DNA of 64,000 nt from a virus (Duplodnaviria; Heunggongvirae; Uroviricota; Caudoviricetes): the IMG/VR virus record IMGVR_UViG_3300006033_000017. One strand, given 5' to 3'. Below the pieces are notes generated by a model. That model was not told the DNA's origin, searched no databases, and saw only the letters and a program-made list of their open reading frames with translations. Shown here piece by piece: positions 47,747 through 56,291 of this stretch; positions within the stretch are counted from its first letter, which is position 1, and each line of letters opens with the position of its first letter. The position numbers were made by a program, and so were the translations under genes.

Positions 47747-48069
47747 TCTACTAGCTCACCAACATCAAAACCACACTTTTGCCAAATTCGATGTAAACGC
47801 TGCCAAGTGAATCTCTTGTCACCTACTGACAAGCGCAAGCGATCCGCCGATTCGGGGATCTTCTTAACAATCTTGTAGAGAGAACCTTTTTGGGCCTTCG
47901 CTATCTCTAGAACCATCTCAATTAGGCGTTCATCTGTCTTAGGTGGCTCTTTCCCATCCAATGGCAAATAGATGGTTTGGTCTGTATCAACGTCTACCAC
48001 CCTTAGTAGGTATTCCTGTTTATTAGGATTCCGAGTATCAACACAAAATAGGGGATCTATGTATACCAT
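47743..48069 (-). CDS. hypothetical protein (108 aa)
   Basis: ORF. Confidence 0.4.
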   Translation of the reverse strand: MVYIDPLFCVDTRNPNKQEYLLRVVDVDTDQTIYLPLDGKEPPKTDERLIEMVLEIAKAQKGSLYKIVKKIPESADRLRLSVGDKRFTWQRLHRIWQKCGFDVGELVD

Positions 48070-48091
48070 AATAGCTAGAGGCTCCTTCGAC

Positions 48092-48364
48092 CTATTGCGA
48101 ATGCTTAAGGATTAAGATGTGGAGTGTTACACTCATAACGAAGAAACACCACCAAGGCAACGGTGGTAATCCTAACGTTGTAGATAGTAGGTTCCATAGA
48201 TAGCTAAGAATAAAAGCAACTAAGACATGAAGCAGCAATACGATCCCCCAATAAGCAAGTTCCTCTTCTGGGGAACGACTTACTGTAATACCGTAGTCAT
48301 CAGTTAAATCATGCGAACTATCCATCACAAATAGTTCAAGCATCTGGTCCATGGGTGTCCTCAC
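48092..48364 (-). CDS. small membrane protein (90 aa, 2 TM)
   Basis: hydrophobic segments; upstream TTGTTG-N17-TATAAT. Confidence 0.4.
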   Translation of the reverse strand: MRTPMDQMLELFVMDSSHDLTDDYGITVSRSPEEELAYWGIVLLLHVLVAFILSYLWNLLSTTLGLPPLPWWCFFVMSVTLHILILKHSQ

Positions 48365-48403
48365 TACTTATTATAGCGCCTTGCTCACGTTTCAACAAGG
48401 TGA

Positions 48404-49207
48404 CTAGACCGATTCCTCGGGGTTAGGGACGGCGGATAATTGCGACTTCAAGCCTTCTAGTTTCTTTTGCACCTGATCCTTGATGCCTTTTTCGGGGGTG
48501 CTAAGCCAGGGGCCTATTTCATCAGGAATCTGCTCAGGAGTATATCCACTAGCCAACATATCTTGCTTCCACTCACCTAGATATTGGTTAGCTAGTGCCT
48601 GAGGGATCATATCGGCAGTTTGTTGCTCCCCCTCACTATACCAAGATTGCGCCAACTTATTCCTATCTTCTGGGGATAGATTTTGATTAACTAGGTTAAC
48701 CATTTCCTGACGCAATTGGTCTTCCGAAACTGGGGGTTTGTTGTGGGCGGCTTCATGCTCGGCAGATGCCCTATCTTTGTAAATATCTCTTGTCCACTCG
48801 GGTTTCTGTAGTAATTCATAAATTTGATCAGCAGAAAGGTTTTGGCCCTTATGTTGATCAACTACATATTTTGTATATGTTACTAAGTGTTGAAGCTGAT
48901 ATGCTAAGGCGGACATTAACCTAGATTCGTCGGCACCTAACATCACTGCTTGTATGATATTTAAGGGATTAAGGCTCGGGCTGACTTCATCGATGGGTTT
49001 CCATTGAACGGTATAATGAAGCCCTTCGACATTAGAGGGATTGGCTTCGCCAAGGTTCTTAGCAACCTCTTGGACTTCGCTACCGGATAATTGCTCAGAG
49101 ACATCTTGTGCAAGTCTCAAAAAGACCCTATCAGCAGCCTCAAAGTCGCCAATTCGATCATAATGTCGTGCTTGTGCGAATAGATCTCTCACGTTTCCTA
49201 CCCCCAT
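48404..49207 (-). CDS. hypothetical protein (267 aa) with the shared N-terminal leader (HYDRIGDFEAADRVF)
   Basis: paralogous N-terminus. Confidence 0.5.
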   Translation of the reverse strand: MGVGNVRDLFAQARHYDRIGDFEAADRVFLRLAQDVSEQLSGSEVQEVAKNLGEANPSNVEGLHYTVQWKPIDEVSPSLNPLNIIQAVMLGADESRLMSALAYQLQHLVTYTKYVVDQHKGQNLSADQIYELLQKPEWTRDIYKDRASAEHEAAHNKPPVSEDQLRQEMVNLVNQNLSPEDRNKLAQSWYSEGEQQTADMIPQALANQYLGEWKQDMLASGYTPEQIPDEIGPWLSTPEKGIKDQVQKKLEGLKSQLSAVPNPEESV

Positions 49208-49833
49208 CGACCTTCTTGTACACCATTCTGTATGTCTTGTGCGGTTGCTACTAATTGCTGAGCCACTTCATCTCTATTGAGGCGAACTAGAATGTGTAGC
49301 ACTGCCTTCAATAGATGAATGTCCGCGACATGATATGGGGCAGTTCTGCCAAATAGAACATCGGACAATTTATCCAAGAGTTCTTGGTCGTCTTGATCGT
49401 GCCCTAATTCAGTTTTAATAGGGATCGAAACACCATCACTAGCGACAGCCCCCACTTCTTCATGAAGAGTGTTGGCTATATCACCTACTGATCCACCCCA
49501 ACTCTTGGCGATATGTTCAGCAGCGCGTCTAATAATGCGAAGACCACTAAGAATGACCTTACCGTCTTCCAAAACCAAGTATTTCTGAGCCAGATTGAAT
49601 GCTTCAGGATTTTCATCACAATACTCAAAATACTCATCCAGGAAAGAATCTTTAGCGGGCTCTTCGACTACTTCGTCCTCGTGCTCCGAAGGATCATAGT
49701 TAAAAGGATGATCAAATGGCTTAGAAAGGGGGCGAGGTTCATAGGCTTCTTGCGCAGCTAAGACAAAAAGCTTATCGGCTTCCTCAAATCGACCCTGTTG
49801 ATCCAAATACTGTGCTTGCTCTATCTTGTCCAT
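49198..49833 (-). CDS. hypothetical protein (211 aa) with the shared N-terminal leader (LDQQGRFEEADKLF)
   Basis: paralogous N-terminus. Confidence 0.5.
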   Translation of the reverse strand: MDKIEQAQYLDQQGRFEEADKLFVLAAQEAYEPRPLSKPFDHPFNYDPSEHEDEVVEEPAKDSFLDEYFEYCDENPEAFNLAQKYLVLEDGKVILSGLRIIRRAAEHIAKSWGGSVGDIANTLHEEVGAVASDGVSIPIKTELGHDQDDQELLDKLSDVLFGRTAPYHVADIHLLKAVLHILVRLNRDEVAQQLVATAQDIQNGVQEGRWG

Positions 49834-49898
49834 AAGAACACAATTCGGAATATCATTCGAGGTTCCCTACATGTGACACCCATTAAGTTACGTAATGG

Positions 49899-49945
49899 TC
49901 TATACAATACAAGCACGGCGATCTACCTCTCGTAGATCGCCGTGC
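49899..49945 (-). terminator. rho-independent terminator (minus strand)
   Basis: GCACGGCGATCTAC-gagag-GTAGATCGCCGTGC perfect 14-bp stem, followed on the minus strand by TTGTATTGTAT. Confidence 0.6.
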
Positions 49946-49962
49946 TCTGCGATGAGTGCTTA

Positions 49963-50169
49963 TTACCCTGGGGTATGACACTTCACAGTGACATCTTCAC
50001 CATCAATGGTCTTCCATCCAGGTTCTCTAACATTGGTCATGGGCGATTTAACACCATCATCCTGACAACTAGCCCACTCATAAAGACACTGTTCCCCATG
50101 ACCTTCAAACCAATCCGCAAACATTTCAGCTTGCGCCAAGGTCAAATTATCGAAAATTACTCGTGCCAT
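49963..50169 (-). CDS. hypothetical protein (68 aa)
   Basis: ORF. Confidence 0.35.
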   Translation of the reverse strand: MARVIFDNLTLAQAEMFADWFEGHGEQCLYEWASCQDDGVKSPMTNVREPGWKTIDGEDVTVKCHTPG

Positions 50170-50523
50170 CTACTTCTCCTTACGAAGAGCGCCATAGATA
50201 CTGATGTACTCTTCGGCTGTTAGCTCTAGAGTTAGATCATCATTATCTCTAGCAATGTAAGCTACACACACGACCCCATTTTCAATCGTCTGAAAACCAG
50301 GGAAGCAGACATCGAGAACCAACTCTACTTGGGTTGAAAGTAGCTCATCAGTAATCTCTTGGTCATAAACCATCCTATCTTCAGGTTCGTAATGCCAAAG
50401 ATAATCCTGAGGGGAAACTCTATTCAAAACCCCATACACATCACCAAGTGTACAAAGGACTGAAAAGAGAGGAGTACTATCCTCCGATTCACCTTCATGT
50501 AGAACGTAGCGCAACTTTCCCAT
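50170..50523 (-). CDS. hypothetical protein (117 aa)
   Basis: ORF. Confidence 0.4.
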   Translation of the reverse strand: MGKLRYVLHEGESEDSTPLFSVLCTLGDVYGVLNRVSPQDYLWHYEPEDRMVYDQEITDELLSTQVELVLDVCFPGFQTIENGVVCVAYIARDNDDLTLELTAEEYISIYGALRKEK

Positions 50524-50538
50524 GAGGTACCTACAATT

Positions 50539-51222
50539 CTAAATCGCCCAGGAGGGGGCTTGTTCCCCATCCATGACCACAGCGAGCTTACACTCATACA
50601 GGGTAATCTTAGGCTCATCCTTCTTAGGCGCACCGCGAGACACGAGATGATCCTTAACAACAGTCCAACCACCCTCGGGGTGATTAAGCCACTTAGATAC
50701 ATAGGCCATGACACTCATGTCGCTATGAATACCAGTGTATACGGCTACTTCTTCCTGAAGACCAGCAAGAGTAATGCCAGGATTTGCGGCAAGAATACCG
50801 AAAACCATATCCTGCTTAGTGCCCTCATTGAAGCCCGAACCAAAAGCAATAGGATAACCAGCAAAGACCAAGCGCTTCTTGTGCTTTTCGGCTTCCTTTT
50901 CCTTAGGAACGTCTACACTGATTACTTCAATGGTGGCATCCTCAGTAACCGGCAGTTCTTCCTTAACAGGTCGAGCAGGTAGCCCCTGAGCAATACGCCG
51001 CGCTTCAATGGCGCGGGTTACATGCTCAATATGAGCAATACTACCCTCACAGGCGTAGCTACAGTAACCATCAATGAGAACGCCAAAATGATTACCCTTG
51101 GGCTTCTCAAGACAGAAACGACAGAATCCACCCGATTGCCAATTTGTAGTCTTCGCTTCAATAGCAGAAACGGGCACCCATTCGATGATCTTACCAGTTG
51201 GCTCATGAATAAAGGTCGGCAT
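50539..51222 (-). CDS. hypothetical protein (~227 aa from MPTFIHEP)
   Basis: the track ORF's first 17 codons are the promoter TTGACA...TATAAT read from a TTG; Cys/His-rich segment. Confidence 0.45.
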   Translation of the reverse strand: MPTFIHEPTGKIIEWVPVSAIEAKTTNWQSGGFCRFCLEKPKGNHFGVLIDGYCSYACEGSIAHIEHVTRAIEARRIAQGLPARPVKEELPVTEDATIEVISVDVPKEKEAEKHKKRLVFAGYPIAFGSGFNEGTKQDMVFGILAANPGITLAGLQEEVAVYTGIHSDMSVMAYVSKWLNHPEGGWTVVKDHLVSRGAPKKDEPKITLYECKLAVVMDGEQAPSWAI

Positions 51223-51244
51223 GGTTTGGTCCCTCACTACCCTT

Positions 51245-51273
51245 ATTATAGCACGTCGTGAGCCGCTTGTCAA
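51245..51273 (-). promoter_or_regulatory. sigma70-like promoter TTGACA-N17-TgcTATAAT + AAGGGTAG
   Basis: minus-strand cgagTTGACAagcggctcacgacgtgcTATAATaagggtag. Confidence 0.55.
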
Positions 51274-51689
51274 CTCGTAATTGGCCCACCACGCATGGGT
51301 TTATTGAATAAATCAAGTAGCCATGAGCATTTATAGGTATTGTTAGCTTGGCAAATGACTCGTTCCGCAAAATACCAAGACCATAGCTCTAGGTCGTAAT
51401 ATGCCGTTCCGCCATTAGGATGAAGGCAAATACCGATATCTGGCTGCGTAAATATCTTGCATTTGATACAATTTACGGTATCATCTTCATTCACTTTTAA
51501 CTCAACATCCACACAACAGTACCGTTCTTGAAGTAGCAGGCCACCATCTTTAATGCCCTGATTGATTTCGAATAGAATTTTGCAATTCGACCCAAAGTGA
51601 GCGTTACCATTAAGAAAGGTAGCCACTTCAGCGGCGATAACTCTTGCCTTCTTTAATCTTGCTTCATAATCTACCATATCAGTCACCAT
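51270..51689 (-). CDS. hypothetical Cys-rich protein (139 aa)
   Basis: ORF. Confidence 0.4.
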   Translation of the reverse strand: MVTDMVDYEARLKKARVIAAEVATFLNGNAHFGSNCKILFEINQGIKDGGLLLQERYCCVDVELKVNEDDTVNCIKCKIFTQPDIGICLHPNGGTAYYDLELWSWYFAERVICQANNTYKCSWLLDLFNKPMRGGPITS

Positions 51690-52248
51690 ATAGATTGTTA
51701 TCTAAAATATAGTGCATAAGCTCAGGACATTCATGATACATCAAGGCTGCCTTGAGTCTATCATTCTCTAGGGGTGGAATCTCAGTCTTAAACTGTTCTC
51801 TAATCCATGTACTATGCTCACCAATATCGGGCACGGAGAAGATATTCACGGAAGCACACAATCGCTCCGCACGAAACCAGTGTTGTAGATTAAACAATGT
51901 ATCAGAACCAATAATTAGAACTAGATTATCCCTACTAAGATTCTCATGGATGTGATAGTGTTGCACCAAGTCATAGGTGTTCTGAATATCAAAATCCCTC
52001 TCCACACTATTAACAAAAGCCCGAGCATGACAACATTTGTGTAAGAGATTAGTCATATGAAATCGGTGTTCATATGACACATTAGAGGTTTTCAATGGTT
52101 GCCTATTTGTTGGCGTAATACCAATCGAAAAATCACTGGAACGCTTACCATAGCCATTAAATGCAGCAGCAGCAGTATGTAATGCTCTAAGATGACCAAG
52201 ATGTGGTGGGTCAAACATTCCGCCATAAAGCCCAAAACTAACCATCAC
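51679..52248 (-). CDS. nicotinate/nicotinamide mononucleotide adenylyltransferase-like (NadD/NMNAT family)
   Basis: GGMFDPPHLGH (GxFxPxHxGH) and C-terminal HSTWIRE (SxTxxR) motifs. Confidence 0.6.
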   Translation of the reverse strand: MMVSFGLYGGMFDPPHLGHLRALHTAAAAFNGYGKRSSDFSIGITPTNRQPLKTSNVSYEHRFHMTNLLHKCCHARAFVNSVERDFDIQNTYDLVQHYHIHENLSRDNLVLIIGSDTLFNLQHWFRAERLCASVNIFSVPDIGEHSTWIREQFKTEIPPLENDRLKAALMYHECPELMHYILDNNLYGD

Positions 52249-52310
52249 TAAACCCTTTCAAATATAGCAAGGCCGGGGACTTGCCCCGGCCCTACTACTC
52301 GCTATGAAGA

Positions 52311-53213
52311 CTACTGCGTAGGTGCCGGCATCTGAATCATAGGTGTTGCACCACCTACGACCATTGGTTGCTTGCCGTCCCACTTCTCAATAGCAGCCTT
52401 CTGATTCTGAATGCGCTGCCAGTCCACCATGATAGAAGTCAGGCTATTAGTCAACAGAGCGTTAGCCTTCGCCTGACCCTCAGCTTTAACGCGCGCAGAT
52501 TCCGCCTCACCGCGAGCCGACTCAATTTGCTGAGTTGCTACAGCCTTAGTCTCACGGATCTTATTCTCTGCGGCAACAGCCTTGTTGGTCGCGGTAATTG
52601 CGGCAACAATTGACTCCGAAACCTGAGAATCTAGGCGCAGGTCAGAAACAAAACTCACCATGTTAACCTGGAAGCCATCCGCACCTAGACGAGTACTTAG
52701 ATCGTCAGTTACCTGCTTCAGTAGCTCGGCTTTACCTTCACCATAGATCTTTACAATCGGCATCTTCGATGCATGACGACTCAGAGAATCGCGAACCTGA
52801 GAACGCAGATAAACATTCGAGATACCAGTGATATCCTGACGGAACTTCTTGAGGATCGACGGCACCTTGGCTGAATCCAAAGTAAAGGCCAGGGAAACAT
52901 CAACACGGACCAATGCACCCTCAACAGAGTTGAAAGCCATACTCTCATCAACGGGCGCACCTTCATGGGCACTTGCGGTCCAGTTGATCGTCTTCATAAA
53001 GGTCGGGTAACGATAAAGAATGGTAGTCAAAGGATTGTAGAATACGCGACCAGTAACAACTGGCATGTTATTCACACCCTTATTCCCGCCATACATATTG
53101 ACCTTAACGCCAACCCACCCCGGCTCAATCACCGAGGAGCAGAAAAGCAACACACCCAGAGGCATCAACAGAATCACCACTAGTGCGGCGATGATACCAA
53201 TTCGCTTTGTCAT
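52311..53213 (-). CDS. SPFH/band-7 (stomatin/prohibitin/HflKC-like) membrane protein
   Basis: N-terminal TM helix; SPFH-like core; Ala/Glu/Gln-rich coiled coil (AESARVKAEGQAKA). Confidence 0.65.
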   Translation of the reverse strand: MTKRIGIIAALVVILLMPLGVLLFCSSVIEPGWVGVKVNMYGGNKGVNNMPVVTGRVFYNPLTTILYRYPTFMKTINWTASAHEGAPVDESMAFNSVEGALVRVDVSLAFTLDSAKVPSILKKFRQDITGISNVYLRSQVRDSLSRHASKMPIVKIYGEGKAELLKQVTDDLSTRLGADGFQVNMVSFVSDLRLDSQVSESIVAAITATNKAVAAENKIRETKAVATQQIESARGEAESARVKAEGQAKANALLTNSLTSIMVDWQRIQNQKAAIEKWDGKQPMVVGGATPMIQMPAPTQ

Positions 53214-53426
53214 TTACTTCTCACCTTCTTGTTTATTGACATTCCTTAGGAAGAAATGCCAAATCTCTGTAACTATGACTGAAACTGTTAAAATGACTAG
53301 CCCAATACCTTTGATTACACCAAGGTCCGACGGCTCGCTCAACATCTCTGCGGCTTTAGTCCACACAAAGCACAACGAGAACAGGGCGGTCAAAAGGATG
53401 ATACTTAGACCGAATATCCTTTTCAT
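53214..53426 (-). CDS. small 2-TM membrane protein adjacent to the SPFH gene (NfeD-like partner?)
   Basis: two hydrophobic helices; directly follows the SPFH gene. Confidence 0.4.
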   Translation of the reverse strand: MKRIFGLSIILLTALFSLCFVWTKAAEMLSEPSDLGVIKGIGLVILTVSVIVTEIWHFFLRNVNKQEGEK

Positions 53427-53435
53427 TACCTACTC

Positions 53436-53645
53436 CTATTCTGTATAGTTAAAATGACCAAGCTCATTCAAATCCTTCAAGGCTTGACGAATGAGATCGG
53501 TATATTCGTTCTCAATTTGCTCAGTAAAAGCATGAGCGGCTGCCCATACACAACGCATAGAGGGCAACATCTCGCTTTTACCTATCAATGCGTATGTGGC
53601 CTCAGATAGAGACGCCTCAGTATACTTCATGAAATTTCCTCCCAC
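53436..53645 (-). CDS. hypothetical protein (69 aa)
   Basis: ORF. Confidence 0.3.
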   Translation of the reverse strand: MGGNFMKYTEASLSEATYALIGKSEMLPSMRCVWAAAHAFTEQIENEYTDLIRQALKDLNELGHFNYTE

Positions 53646-53812
53646 TCAACTGAAATGCCATAAGGACACTTCATTTCCTTGACTTTACCTGCGGAAAATC
53701 TGAATATTCGGAGCCATTTATCTCGAACATCTTTTTTGGCTTCCTCAAGTTGAGTGCCAACTAATTGATCTACTTTACGGATCTGCCCTGAGCGTTCAAC
53801 CAGCAAATACAT
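53627..53812 (-). CDS. hypothetical protein (61 aa)
   Basis: ORF. Confidence 0.3.
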   Translation of the reverse strand: MYLLVERSGQIRKVDQLVGTQLEEAKKDVRDKWLRIFRFSAGKVKEMKCPYGISVEWEEIS

Positions 53813-53952
53813 TCAATGACTCCTAAGAAGAAAAGATCAGGCTGGGTAGCCTCGGTCAGCCAACGCTCATGGCGGTTATCGGCTTCCTACTTGCTATTTC
53901 TCCCAGCCTTTTCTTTTCCCAGAAGAAGAAGGCGACAAAGACCTTCTGAGCG

Positions 53953-54231
53953 CTAATTCATTTCATCTCGCAAGGTAGAAGCACCAAATTCCCGCAACGC
54001 GGCTTCGAATTCTTCTGCATCTTCTTGCGTAATCGCACCAAACTTTACACGGTCCTTAACCGACGCTGCCATATCAAGGATTTCATCAGGATCACTATAG
54101 ACCTTTGGTACCGGCAAATTGCACTTGGGGCACACAAAGATGATAGCAATATCGGGACCATCATTCTGAACAACTTGCGAAGCGTGTTCAGCATACAATG
54201 GCTCACCACAGGAACAATTGATTTCAGACAT
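53953..54231 (-). CDS. zinc-ribbon protein (92 aa)
   Basis: CSCGE...CPKCN; start overlaps the ATPase stop (TGATG). Confidence 0.45.
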   Translation of the reverse strand: MSEINCSCGEPLYAEHASQVVQNDGPDIAIIFVCPKCNLPVPKVYSDPDEILDMAASVKDRVKFGAITQEDAEEFEAALREFGASTLRDEMN

Positions 54232-55103
54232 TATCTCGTACCTCTAAGTTGATCGATCTTATCCCGCGCGGCATCGACGGTTTTCTTGGCTTCTTCCATT
54301 AGACTAATAGCATCTGCCATGTAATTATAGAAAGCACAGCGTGCCTCTTTAGCATATCCTGCATGGATGTCAATGATGTTAAAAGCCAGATTGCCAGCCA
54401 ACAAAGGCAGAACTGAGTGCGTAGATACAATCACTTGACATTGTTCTGCCAATGTCGGAATGAAGTTCTGCCAGAACTTCGTTTGTAGCGGCACCTCAAA
54501 CCAATTATCAGGCTCATCCAATAGTACCGTAACTTTACCAGTAGAGTTGAGACTCTTGATGTAGTCAACCTGATCTTGAATTTTGTGTTGACCAACAGGC
54601 TCTTTATACTTGGCTAGCATATCTTCCCAAACGATGGGTTTCTCAATAGCAGCATTCAACCTCGCGAGTCGATATAGGTTGATTTGACCCTCACTCATTT
54701 GATTGGCGTTAACCTGATCCACCATACCGGAAACGCCATCAAGAGAGCCATTGTCGCTATCCATGAAGTAGCCAACATGCTTGATGTTGATTGTTCCATC
54801 ATAGAAGAAGGTAGGCGTACCGTCCCAATCAATTTCAGCAATACAACCATGAGATGCCTTTCGCTCAAGCATTTCGGCGACTGTATTACCACGATGAGGA
54901 GTCAAAGAGCCCCAGCCTGCCTCATTCACAGAAACATCAATGAAGCATCGAGCAGCCATCATCTTTAGGAGGGTCGTTTTACCACAACCATTAGGTCCCC
55001 ATAGGATATTAGGCATTGAAGTAGAGAACTCAATCACCCGACCATCTTTCAGATCAGGTAGCTCGGCGGCGTATCCAGAAATTGTCTTAACAGATCGAAT
55101 CAT
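54231..55103 (-). CDS. compact ABC-type ATPase (AAA_21/RecF-like)
   Basis: Walker A GPNGCGKTTLL, signature-like MSEGQ, Walker B VLLDEPD, H-loop STHS. Confidence 0.7.
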   Translation of the reverse strand: MIRSVKTISGYAAELPDLKDGRVIEFSTSMPNILWGPNGCGKTTLLKMMAARCFIDVSVNEAGWGSLTPHRGNTVAEMLERKASHGCIAEIDWDGTPTFFYDGTINIKHVGYFMDSDNGSLDGVSGMVDQVNANQMSEGQINLYRLARLNAAIEKPIVWEDMLAKYKEPVGQHKIQDQVDYIKSLNSTGKVTVLLDEPDNWFEVPLQTKFWQNFIPTLAEQCQVIVSTHSVLPLLAGNLAFNIIDIHAGYAKEARCAFYNYMADAISLMEEAKKTVDAARDKIDQLRGTR

Positions 55104-55555
55104 TAGTCAATTCCTAGCGCATCAACAGCATGAAACATGGAAGCAATAGAGTCGTGTTCTATACCAGCTATCTGTAAGGCTCGGCTAACACCTAATCGGT
55201 AGCTTGCCATTAAGCTCCCGACGACAGGAGCCCCGGCACCATTAACCGCTCGCAAGAACTTGTAATGCTCTAGATGTGCATTTGCTAAGTCGGCAATCAA
55301 ATCTTCGGACAACTCTTTTGATGCTCCGTTCTCAGCAATGCTTAATGCCTCTTTGAGTGAACAATCATCTTTATGCCCCGTATGATGTCGCCAGCAGTCC
55401 CAGCCCTTTGATGCAAGCAACTTGTATTGCTCAGGCATAGCGCCCTGGCAAACGGGGCAGCAAGGAATGTTCGTGCCAAAATCTTCTTCGGGCGACCAAA
55501 CGTCGCCACTACCAGACCATTCTAGTTCATGTAGAATAGCAGCTAAAGGTGTCAT
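55103..55555 (-). CDS. hypothetical Cys/His-rich protein (150 aa) translationally coupled to the ATPase (possible degenerate HNH/zinc-finger)
   Basis: CCPVCQG ... WDCWRHHTGHKDDC; ATGA overlap. Confidence 0.4.
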   Translation of the reverse strand: MTPLAAILHELEWSGSGDVWSPEEDFGTNIPCCPVCQGAMPEQYKLLASKGWDCWRHHTGHKDDCSLKEALSIAENGASKELSEDLIADLANAHLEHYKFLRAVNGAGAPVVGSLMASYRLGVSRALQIAGIEHDSIASMFHAVDALGID

Positions 55556-55785
55556 ACTGATTTCCCTGCTAGGAAAGCATCAATGCCCCGTTCAACAGCA
55601 TCCATATCATCTTTATGTACAGACAAAATAGAGAGTGTGTGATTCATACTGATGCGATGGGCAGCCATCAATTTATCGCGAAGCTCAAGATCACTCTTAC
55701 ATTCGAAGCTACACTCTTTGTACCACATCATGTAATTCTGAACGAGCTTTTCCATCTCAAGTTGAGTCAGGCGCGTCATAGTCAT
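55552..55785 (-). CDS. hypothetical protein (77 aa), first gene of the ATPase operon
   Basis: ATGA overlap with the next gene. Confidence 0.35.
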   Translation of the reverse strand: MTMTRLTQLEMEKLVQNYMMWYKECSFECKSDLELRDKLMAAHRISMNHTLSILSVHKDDMDAVERGIDAFLAGKSV

Positions 55786-55979
55786 TCCTTATCTATCCAA
55801 ATATCGGTTAGCTAGGCATGGATATCACTAGAGCCATTATAGGCTTTGGCAGCAATAGCATAGCCTCACTACTTCTTTAGTCATGAAGCGCAGATGTGCT
55901 AGCATCACTTCTATGGGCGCGCTTATACTAAAGAAATGCCCTCAGGTAAAAGAGCACTCGCACCTAGCCAACCAAACTT

Positions 55980-56291
55980 TTACTCACCAATATCCCTATA
56001 ATGGCAACAGAAGGATTTGGGTTCAGCAACTTTAACGAACAACTCGGGGTGGAGCACCACCATATGATCAAGGAACTCGGACGGATGTTGATATATGCCT
56101 TTATTGGCTTTCCAAGTAGCATATAGCGGCTTAAACATCCTCCCCAACTCTTCGTCGGAGATATCCGTCAGCACTTCAAGATACCCTAAGCTTTGCGGCG
56201 CACGCATAGCTTGAGCAATGTGAAGATTAATGATCCTCATTAGCAATACTCCTCGATCCAGGCATAGCCTTCGCGAGTGATAATGATCCAC
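55980..56291 (-). CDS. hypothetical protein (103 aa)
   Basis: ORF. Confidence 0.4.
   Translation of the reverse strand: MDHYHSRRLCLDRGVLLMRIINLHIAQAMRAPQSLGYLEVLTDISDEELGRMFKPLYATWKANKGIYQHPSEFLDHMVVLHPELFVKVAEPKSFCCHYRDIGE

Noticed and set aside
50539-51273. N-terminal 17 residues (MTSGSRRAIIRVVRDQT) of the track ORF, and similarly the first 17 residues of 23742..24602
   Set aside because: The ORF caller started at TTG inside TTGACA of the promoter. The sequence TTGACAagcggctcacgacgtgcTATAATaagggtag is a promoter, not coding. The true starts are the downstream ATGs.
54231-55555. Calling the ATPase plus 150-aa protein a Septu (PtuAB) or Gabija defence system
   Set aside because: The ATPase is much shorter than PtuA or GajA. 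The gene order is reversed. The putative HNH signature in the partner is at best degenerate. I retain it only as a hypothesis in the findings.
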